Assembly: GCA_963823665.1 (NCBI GenBank)
Contig: CAWGMQ010000002.1
Location: 64,001 to 128,000, forward strand
Source: an uncultured Planctomycetota bacterium
GTDB taxonomy: Bacteria; Planctomycetota; Planctomycetia; Isosphaerales; Isosphaeraceae
DNA length: 64,000 bases
Direction of reading: 5' to 3'
Part shown: one piece after another, positions 56,084-64,000 of the stretch
How the letters are laid out: every line of letters starts with the position of its first letter
How positions within the stretch are numbered: the stretch's first letter is position 1
The notes under the pieces: model-generated
Databases searched by the model: none
What the model was told of the DNA's origin: nothing
The model's input: only the letters and a program-made list of their open reading frames with translations
Program-made: the position numbers and the translations under genes

Positions 56084-57994
56084 GACGTCTCCGACAAAAG
56101 TTCGTCGAGTTTAGTTTTCTGCGCAAGTTAATGTAAAATCTGAGTTTATGTCCATTTCTCCCTTGACTCTAGCGAGGCGCACCTCTACATTCAAGTATCC
56201 CCTGCGAAAGGAGTTGCGCCCGCCATGATCCACATCGTTGACCCGCGGCAAAACCGCCTGTTCGACCCCTTCGAGGGCGTCATACCTCCCGCCGGTCAAC
56301 GGATCATCAGCTCGGGCTGGCAGGGAGTCTTTCGACACGTCCTCCTCAAACTGATGCCCGTAGGTCAACTGGCCCAGCATTTCAGCCGGGAACTGGGAGC
56401 CCCCACCAAGGAACTGTACTCGATGGCCGGCTTGGTCTTCATGACCGACTTCTTCGACTGGACCGCCCAAGAGGCCGCCGAGGCTTACATCTTCCGCAGC
56501 GACGTCCAATACGCCCTTAACTTGGAGCCCGGCGTTGAAGTGTCGTCGCGCACGGTCGAGCGTTACCAAAAGCTCTTTCGCGAGAACGAACTGGCCGCTC
56601 AGGTCTTCCACGACGTGACGATTGGACTGGCGGAAAAGCTCGAACTCGACATCTCCCGCCAGCGGCTCGACTCGACCCACGTCTTTTCTCACATGGCCAG
56701 CTTTGGTCGCACCAAGCTGATGGCCGTGGCAATCAAGCGGTTCCTGACCCAGGTGATCCGGCATGCCCCTGAGCGGTACGCCGCGTTGCCCGCGGAGTTC
56801 TGCGGGCGCTACGAACCGGCAGAATCGCAGTTGTTCGCCGCCGCCAAGGATGCCGAGGCTCGACAGCGGTCGCGGCAGCAAGCAGCCGAGGACTTGTGCT
56901 GGATCATCGACCACTTCGCCAATTGTCCCGACATGACGGCCCGGTCGAGCTACAAGGCCCTAGTCACGATCTTCAGCCAGCAGTGCGAACTGAGTGAGGG
57001 CAAAGTTGTCGTGAAGGCCAAGACCGGCGGTGACTGCGTTCAGAACCCGTCCGACCTCAGCGCCGGCTACGACGCCCACAAAGGTAAGGGCTATCAGGTG
57101 CAGATCACCGAGACGTGCAGCTCTGAGAACGAGGTGCAGTTGATCACAGGCGCTCTGCCGCAGGGTGCCGCGGAGCACGACGGCACGGCGGTGGTGCCGA
57201 TGCTCGATCAACTCGAAGACTCGAAGTTGTTGCCCGAGGAGATGCTGGCTGACACGCTCTACTGCGGCGACGAGAACGTACAAGCGGCCGAGGACCGCGG
57301 CGTGGAGCTGGTCGGACCGATCCCCGGTCGGGAGCCGGCAAGCGACCCTGGGCGCTGACGCTGGACGACTTCGCGGTGGATGAACGGACCGGGCGGGTGG
57401 AAGCCTGTCCGCAAGGGCACATGCCGCTTGTGGTCGAGCGGAACGAAGAAGTAGGCACGACGCGAATCCAGATGGCGGCGGCAGCGTGCGAAGGATGCCC
57501 GTTCCGCACGTCGTGCCCGATCCACCAAACGCGGGATGGTCGCTACGAGCTGGATTTCAGTGACAAGGATCATCGGATGGCTGGGCGTCGCCGGGAACAA
57601 GAGACACCGGTATTCGCGGAGCGGTACAGGATGCGCTCGGGCATCGAGTCGACCAATAGCGGCTTGAAGAATCGGCTGAGGTTGGAACGTCTGCGAGTGC
57701 GAGGCCGCGGGAGTGTGTTCCGTGTGATCCTGCACAAAGTGGCGGGCTGGAACGTGCTACGGGCGGCAGCGTCGAAGAAGCTGCGCGCGTGGGTGAGCCG
57801 CGAAGTGGCCCAGACGCTGAAAGGAGCTGAATCTGGGCCAACTGGGCGACTCTGCGCGCTCGTTCTGAGGCTGTGGGACGGTTTTCAGATGATTTTCCGC
57901 GGTTCTCACGGCTGTTCGGTTGATCTTGGAGGCTGTTGGGCCGCTTGAGCGTGCATCACTGACAATTCACAGGCGGCATTCTGTCGGCAGCGTC
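56084..57994 (+). mobile_element. 1911-bp insertion sequence (IS1182/ISDol1-like DDE) with 6-bp target duplication ACTTAT
   Basis: ACTTAT at 56078..56083 and 57995..58000. Imperfect terminal IRs: GACGTCTCCGACAAAAG versus GACGCTGCCGACAGAAT (reverse complement of the right end). Confidence 0.9.
56225..57948 (+). CDS. DDE transposase with zinc-ribbon insertion; frameshift near 57350
   Basis: QRLDSTH, NPSDLSAGY..HKGKGYQVQITET, MLADTLY, CPQGH...CEGCPFRTSC, YRMRSGIESTNSGLK. Confidence 0.9.
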
Positions 57995-58327
57995 ACTTAT
58001 GACAAAAACGTCGCCTCCAAGATCGAATTCCAGAAGAAGGCAACCAAGAAGAAGGATAATTGATCCCGCGGCCGAAGTTACCACGTTTACAAACCCACCA
58101 CGCCCCTCCAGTCGCGCGTGACCACGAAAGGTCTCGCGCGTCTCGTTCGCTGTGCCCACCGCATACGCCGCCATGCGTGCATTGCGCCACGCGGATTCGT
58201 AACCTCATGCGCCGCAAAATGCGAAATAGAGCGAGCTCACCATTTATCCAAGAAAAATGGACGCGCCGGTCTCTCGAACACAAGAGTAGGGTAAATCGAT
58301 TCGAGAGAACGGGAGGTCGCTCCGAAC

Positions 58328-59961
58328 ATGCCGGGAGAATCGGCGCGCCAGCTCTTGCACAGCTCAACACGCTTTTTCGCAGCGGAGTGGCCGGGCCACT
58401 GAGCGATGACGAATTGCTCCAGCAGTTCGTGGCCGGTGCGGATGAATCCGCCGAGGCCGCGTTTGCGGCCTTGGTCGACCGGCATGGCGCCATGGTTCTT
58501 GGGGTTTGTCGCCGGGTGTTGGGCAATCGACACGCCGCCGAAGATGCGTTCCAGGCCACGTTCCTGGTGCTTTCACGAAAAGCGCCGGAGATTGCAAGGC
58601 GGGAGCAGTTGGCTGGCTGGCTCTACGGCGTCGCCCGTCGCGCCGCGCTCGATGCCCGCGCCCGAGCCTCCCGCCGGCGAGCCAACGAGAAACGCCTACG
58701 TATCATGACAGCGGCAGACGACGCCGACGAGATTCAGATGACCGAGCTTCGCTCGATTCTGGACGAGGAGCTAGGCCGCCTTCCGGAGCGCCACCGCGCT
58801 GCACTCATTCTGTGCGAGCTTGAAGGCCTCTCTCGCCGAGAAGCCGCCGGCCGGCTCGGAGTGTCCGAGGGAACGCTTTCAAGTCGATTGGCCCGAGCCA
58901 AGATGAGGTTACGAGAACGCCTCACCCGGCGCGGCCTGGCTCTCTCTTCGGTTGCGCTCGCCACCGCGTTGACTCAGGATATTCAAGCACTGTCCGTCCC
59001 GCCGTCCCTCGTTGATTCGACGATCCACATCGCGGCCATGGTCGCGACCAGTTCTTCCCTGGCCGAAGTTGCCTCGACTTCGATCGTCACACTGACTGAA
59101 GGAGTCCTGAAAGCCATGCTTCTGTCCAAACTCAAACTCGCCTTCCTCGGCGTGATCACCGTCGCGATTCTCGCGACGGGAGCCGGCGTGGTGGCACAAG
59201 ATCGTCCGTCTGACAACGACCGCCTCAGAAACCTTGAGCGTAAGGTCGACAGGCTCCTCGAAGTCCTCGGCGGGGCCGGCCGGCGCACGACGACGAGCCC
59301 CGCACAGAATTCCACGCCTGAGTCCAATGAACCAGCTCCGGTGGTAGCTTCAACACCCGCCGCTCCAGCCGCACCCGCTGCCATCGCGGCTGTGCCACCC
59401 CCCCCGGTCGCGCCCGCGATGCCCGCCGCTGCGCCCGCCCCGGCCGCCACACCGCAGCCTGAGGTTCTCGCAAATCGCTCCAGTCACACCACCCCCCGCT
59501 GCACTACCCGGGATGGCACCTCCAGCTCGTCCGGGCCAATCCAGCTCGCTCAATCGGCGAGTCGACATGCTCGAACAGCGGCTGGCTAAGCTGGAACAAC
59601 GACTGGCCGAATTCGAGCGGCGCTTGGGCAGCGCTGCGCGGCCAATGCCTCCGCCCCATCTGCCGGATTCGCGACTACACCGCTGCCTGCTTCTCGAGCT
59701 CTGGCCCCCTCCGGCGCTGCTCTCAGCGTTCCCCCCGTGTCTCCGACGGGTACAGCGCCCGCCGGCGGCGGTCCTCTAGCCCCAGTCCCCCCAATCCCGC
59801 CCTCAGAGGGCGCACCGACATCCGCGCCCGAAGGTGATGCTCTACCATCCCCGGGTGCAGTGCTCGCGGACGAACCCTCGCGCGCTGAGATCTCCGCCGC
59901 GGAGCCTCCCGCGGCCACGGTGCTGCCGCCGACTTCAGTTGAAGCACCTCGTTCGAACTGA
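58328..59961 (+). CDS. Planctomycete-type ECF sigma-70 factor with TM segment and Pro/Ala-rich, coiled-coil C-terminal extension; frameshifts
   Basis: GGGAGG RBS then ATG 58328; SDDELLQQF, AFAALVDRHGAMVLGVCRRVL, AEDAFQATFLVL (sigma2), LCELEGLSRREAAGRLG.SEGTLSSRLARA (sigma4), TM KLAFLGVITVAILATGAGVVA. Confidence 0.88.
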
Positions 59962-60102
59962 TCCCCAAAGCGAATCGCGTCATTCGATCGCCCGCACCTT
60001 GTCAGCCGGTCCCGACCGACCGTGGCCCGCACCTTGTATGCTTCTCAGAACGGGAGCATCATGGTTCTCATTGGGACTGACCGGCTGACGAGGGGGTGGC
60101 GC

Positions 60103-60726
60103 ATGCCTTTGTACCGGTTTTCCATTCCCGCGCGGATTCTCTCAGTCGTCATCGCGATCGCCCTGGTGTTGAATCTGGGCTGCGGTAACGCAGATCCGCT
60201 TCCATCCCCTCAACAATTGACGATCAAGCTTCGGAGTACAGCGTTCGCTGACGGTGGGATGATCCCTCAAAGGTTCACCTGTGACGGATCAGATCGATCG
60301 CCAGATCTGAGCTGGTCCGGGGTGCCCGAGAACTCCCGCACACTGGCGCTGATTTGCGACGATCCCGATGCACCCGCCGGCACCTGGTCGCACTGGGTCG
60401 TTTTCAATCTGCCCGCTCAAGTCACGGGTCTCAAAGAGGGAGTTCCCGCGAGCGAGCGCGTACCGAACACATCGATGGAGGAATCATCGCCCGCAGGAAG
60501 CGATCGCGACGCAACACAGGGCAAGAACGATTTCGGTAAGCTCGGCTACGGAGGGCCATGCCCGCCCGGCGGAACTCACCGCTACTTCTTCCGGCTCTAC
60601 GCGCTCGATGCCAGGCTCGAGCTTGGACCCGAAGCTACGCGGGCCAATGTGCTCAAGGCGATCAAGGGCCACATCCTCGCCGAAGGACGGCTGATCGGCA
60701 AATACACCCGAGGCGCAAAGGACTGA
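60103..60726 (+). CDS. YbhB/YbcL (PEBP, Raf kinase inhibitor-like) lipoprotein
   Basis: LNLGC lipobox-like, DDPDAP..TWSHWVVFN, YGGPCPPGGTHRYFF. Confidence 0.92.
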   Translation: MPLYRFSIPARILSVVIAIALVLNLGCGNADPLPSPQQLTIKLRSTAFADGGMIPQRFTCDGSDRSPDLSWSGVPENSRTLALICDDPDAPAGTWSHWVVFNLPAQVTGLKEGVPASERVPNTSMEESSPAGSDRDATQGKNDFGKLGYGGPCPPGGTHRYFFRLYALDARLELGPEATRANVLKAIKGHILAEGRLIGKYTRGAKD

Positions 60727-60834
60727 TCGACCACAAGGAGTGGTTTTCATCCTTTACCGAGTCGGTCGTTTCGTCTGTACACGTCGACGGTTAGCCGGTA
60801 GAAGCATCTACGGCGCCTACCAACGCAGAGTTGG

Positions 60835-61944
60835 GTGGCATCACACACGCGTTTGCCGGACGGTGGTTGCATTGGTCGCATGTCCGTCCGCAGCAACGGA
60901 GAACGAAGCGCGATGGCAGCTCCGAGGCGATGGTTCCTCATTGGCATTCTCGCCTCGACCGCGCTCGCACCCGGCCGAGCCGAGGGATCCGGGGAATTAA
61001 AGCTCAGCAAGGACTTCCTCGACGCGATCGTTGAAAAACTCCCACCTTGCGCCTTTGATAAGGCTGACCGATATCGCGGCTCGGTCCATTCGTTCCGGCT
61101 CAATGCAATTGAGGTTCGCACGCGACGGCTCTTGATCGGCTGCCAGATTGAAGGCGAGTTCCACCCGCCGGTGAGCGGCCCCATCTCCGATCGCGTCGGT
61201 CGCAGTCCGGATACGCAGGAAGGATGGCGGAAGTTTCGCTTCGAAGTCAAAGCCAGCGTCAACATCGAACCGGGGCCGAACGGTGCACCTCGGTTTCGGA
61301 TCGAGATCGATGAAGTCAAGCGCCGTGAGCTGGACGGCTTTTCGGGCGTGGTCGCCCGCTTTCTTGGTCAGTATTTCGATGAGCTGGTAACGCAGATCGC
61401 CGGTGGCAGGGCCTCGAAGCTCAACCGGAAGCTGAACGACGAGATCCAGAAGCGGGTGACGCTATTCAAGGATTATGGCATCCTGTGCGGTATCGACTAC
61501 AAGAAGACCGAAATCGCCCTTCATTTCGACGCCACGCGATTTCAGCTCGAAGGTATCACCGGCTACGTCTTCGCAGAGCCGCTTCCGGGCACCACTCCTC
61601 TGGAGCGCTGGCTGCACCCGAAGAACGGATCACACTACTACACGACCACTCCGCATGCGCCCGACCGACCCAACTCCGTCAGCGATGGAGTCTGCTGCCA
61701 TGTGTTCAATTCCCCGATTCCCGATTCCGTTGCCGTGTATCATTGGCGCGCCCCCCGCGACGATTTCTACACGACGGCGCCGACCGGTGAAAATGCCCCC
61801 CGGCTCGGGTTCAATCCACAGGGAATCGCGTTTTATGTTTACAAAGATCCCCAGCCGGGCGCGGTTCCGCTGTACCGCTTCCACGACCCGGTTCGCCACC
61901 AGCACTTCTACACAACTCATCCTCATGCGGAATTTGCCAAGTAG
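60835..61944 (+). CDS. Secreted hypothetical protein with three C-terminal PLYR..HFYTT (DUF5648-like) repeats; start uncertain
   Basis: Signal-like segment RRWFLIGILASTALA; PLERWLHPKNGSHYYTT, AVYHWRAPRDDFYTT, PLYRFHDPVRHQHFYTT. Confidence 0.7.
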   Translation: MASHTRLPDGGCIGRMSVRSNGERSAMAAPRRWFLIGILASTALAPGRAEGSGELKLSKDFLDAIVEKLPPCAFDKADRYRGSVHSFRLNAIEVRTRRLLIGCQIEGEFHPPVSGPISDRVGRSPDTQEGWRKFRFEVKASVNIEPGPNGAPRFRIEIDEVKRRELDGFSGVVARFLGQYFDELVTQIAGGRASKLNRKLNDEIQKRVTLFKDYGILCGIDYKKTEIALHFDATRFQLEGITGYVFAEPLPGTTPLERWLHPKNGSHYYTTTPHAPDRPNSVSDGVCCHVFNSPIPDSVAVYHWRAPRDDFYTTAPTGENAPRLGFNPQGIAFYVYKDPQPGAVPLYRFHDPVRHQHFYTTHPHAEFAK

Positions 61945-61983
61945 ACGCGCACACACAAACACGACTGCGAGCAGCCCTGCGCC

Positions 61984-63261
61984 TCACTCCTCACCGGCGA
62001 GGATTGCAGACACGCCCTCGATGACCCGAGCTACTTCTTCGCTTGTTGAGTAACAGGCACAGCCGATCCGGACGAACCCTGAGTCGCCCACGCCCAGCCG
62101 TCGCGCGACGGTTGTCGCGTAAAAGTCGCCATGAGACGCAAACACGCCCCGGTCCGCGAGCCGCCGGGATACCTCTGCCGAAGCGTGGCCTCTCACGGTG
62201 AACGAGAGCGTGGGCGTTCGCCGCGCCTCTGGCGGAGGGCCGAAGAGCGTCACGCCGGCGAGATCGCCCAGTCCTTCCCAGAGCTCTTTCAGCAGCACGC
62301 AACCTCGCTGATGAAAGCTCTCGAACACGCAGCGCAGGCGCGCTCGGCGGTCGGCGCACGTCGTTCCCTCGGCAGGCGTTGCCAGTGAAGCCACGTAGTC
62401 CACCGCGGCTGCCGCGCCAACGATACCCTCGTGGTTCTGCGTTCCGGTCTCGATCCGTTCCGGGGCTCCTTCCGGCGCGGGCTCGAGCTTGGCAACGTCA
62501 AGCGCGTCGAGCTGCTCTCGCCGGCCATAAAGCACGCCCAGATGCGGTCCGTGGAACTTGTAGGCGGAGCACGCGAGAAAGTCGCAGCCCCACTCCTTCA
62601 CGTCGATTAACTCGTGAGGCGCGAAGTGTACGGCGTCGATGAACGACACTGCTTCGGCCTCGCGCGCCATCGCAACAGCGCGAGCAACATCGTTGATCGT
62701 CCCCAGAGCATTGGAAGCCGCGCCAATCGCTAGCAGCCGGGTGCGGTGGTCGTTGAGGCACCGAGCTAGGTCGGTCCAGTCCAGTTCGCCGGTTTCCGGA
62801 ATCATCCGTGCTTGCAAGATCTTCACGCCGCGTTCTCGTTCGAGCGCCCGCCACGGATCGATGTTGGCATGATGATCGAGCTCTGTGACAACAACCGCGT
62901 CGCCCGCGCCCAAGCGACGCCCGAGCGCTCGCGCCAGATGAAACGTCAGTGTGGTCATATTTGCGCCGAACGCAATTTCCGCGGGCGTCGCATTCAGGAA
63001 GTCTGCGAGCGCGATCCGCGCTTCGAGCAGCGCCGAATCCGTTTCGGCACTGCTCGGAAACGCCCAGTGTGTGTTGGCGTTATGGTGATACAGATAATCG
63101 AGCATCGCCTCGGCGACGACTCGCGGAACCTGCGTTCCCCCCGGCCCGTCGAAATAAGCAACACGATGGCCGCGATGAATACGTTCGAGCGCTGGAAAGT
63201 CAGCGCGGATCTCGTTCGTCGACGCAACCGTTAAACGAGCCTCGATCGTGCGATGCGTCAT
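61984..63261 (-). CDS. Cysteine desulfurase-like PLP enzyme (aminotransferase class V)
   Basis: YFDGPGGTQVP, TELDHHANIDPW, DAVHFAPH, CSAYKFHGPH, ETGTQNHEG. Confidence 0.92.
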   Translation of the reverse strand: MTHRTIEARLTVASTNEIRADFPALERIHRGHRVAYFDGPGGTQVPRVVAEAMLDYLYHHNANTHWAFPSSAETDSALLEARIALADFLNATPAEIAFGANMTTLTFHLARALGRRLGAGDAVVVTELDHHANIDPWRALERERGVKILQARMIPETGELDWTDLARCLNDHRTRLLAIGAASNALGTINDVARAVAMAREAEAVSFIDAVHFAPHELIDVKEWGCDFLACSAYKFHGPHLGVLYGRREQLDALDVAKLEPAPEGAPERIETGTQNHEGIVGAAAAVDYVASLATPAEGTTCADRRARLRCVFESFHQRGCVLLKELWEGLGDLAGVTLFGPPPEARRTPTLSFTVRGHASAEVSRRLADRGVFASHGDFYATTVARRLGVGDSGFVRIGCACYSTSEEVARVIEGVSAILAGEE

Positions 63262-63415
63262 GTGAGCTCTCTCGGCATACCGGCGCTGCCGGCTGCGCGA
63301 TTCGAGTCCGGCAGTCTGAGCCAGCTCGGGCTGGCATCTGGGCGTTCTCTCGGCGAGGATGGGTCACGTGCATCGTAACCATTGTCAACCTGGGAAGCGA
63401 GTCGGGAGCACGTTG

Positions 63416-63706
63416 ATGATCTGTGTGGCCGTAATCTACGTCGTCAAGGCGGGATACGAAGACGAGGCCGTCGCGCTATTCGACAAACTCACCGTGCACA
63501 CGCGTGCCGAGCCGGGCTGCCGCATGTACCTGGCACACCGCTCGATCAGCGAGCCGCGACGGTTCTTCCTCTACGAACAATACGACGATCAAGCCGCGCT
63601 CGATGCTCACCGGGCGGCACCCCACTTCGAGCAGTACGCCAAGGGCGGCCTCTTCCCCATCATCGAAAGCAGATCCCCCGAGATTTACAGTCCGCTCGGC
63701 GACTGA
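63416..63706 (+). CDS. ABM-domain (putative quinol monooxygenase) protein
   Basis: GGGAG RBS; TRAEPGCRMY, FFLYEQYDDQAALDAHRAAPHF. Confidence 0.9.
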   Translation: MICVAVIYVVKAGYEDEAVALFDKLTVHTRAEPGCRMYLAHRSISEPRRFFLYEQYDDQAALDAHRAAPHFEQYAKGGLFPIIESRSPEIYSPLGD

Positions 63707-64000
63707 AATTGACATAGAAGCCAGCGCGGGCAAGCCCGCCATTTCGGCGCAAGCCGAACGACGCGCCGCGACGACATCTCCGTCAACAAAGCGCGTGCTT
63801 GAGACTCTCCGTGACGGGAGACCCACTCCTAAGAAAAAAATGGGCGCGCAAGTTCCACGCCTGGACTCGAACAGCCACCGGCGCTCGAGCCAGGCGTGAG
63901 CCGATCACACACCTCAAAGCCTCGGAACGCTCACTTGGGGTTGATCGCCGGAGGCGCTGGAATTGTTGTTCGCGATGGAGCGGTCACACCGGATGGGACC

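Larger units (their letters stand above)
55787..58063 (+). pseudogene. Small secreted Lys-rich protein (119 aa when rejoined) interrupted by an IS
   Basis: AGGAGG RBS and signal peptide. 55787..56083 (...VKVTY) joins in frame to 58001..58063 (DKNVASKIEFQKKATKKKDN*). Confidence 0.85.

Noticed and set aside
57340..57376. Programmed frameshift in the transposase
   Set aside because: No slippery A-run is present, this IS type normally has one ORF, and indels are common across the window.

Overview
GC-rich bacterial chromosome segment, most likely from a planctomycete (Isosphaeraceae-like). This is inferred from the LExRxLL extracellular motif, a membrane-anchored ECF sigma factor and the MoxR/DUF58/BatA/DUF4159 cluster. 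Many genes carry 1-2 nt frameshifts that look like uncorrected long-read errors, so I report them as single reconstructed genes. Contents in order: a HAMP-GAF-PAS sensor running off the left edge, a GH127-like hydrolase, a CzcCBA-type metal RND pump, tRNA-Ala(CGC), sugar and polyamine metabolism genes, an orphan terminase small+large pair, rluB/pyrK-like genes and tRNA-Lys(CTT). Next come a portal + holin-like + papain-protease cassette, a 15-kb MoxR-VWA operon, a BNR sialidase-like gene and an unusual RND operon. The window ends with a 1.9-kb IS interrupting a small secreted-protein gene, an ECF sigma factor and a few enzymes. Three observations stand out. (1) One ~93-aa domain is inserted in-frame at two different positions in two paralogous RND permeases, a candidate mobile protein-insertion module. 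(2) A natural head-to-tail double membrane-fusion protein is encoded with two RND permeases. (3) Intact phage DNA-packaging genes (terS/terL, portal) are split among housekeeping genes with no integrase, capsid or tail genes in view, a candidate domesticated or GTA-like system.
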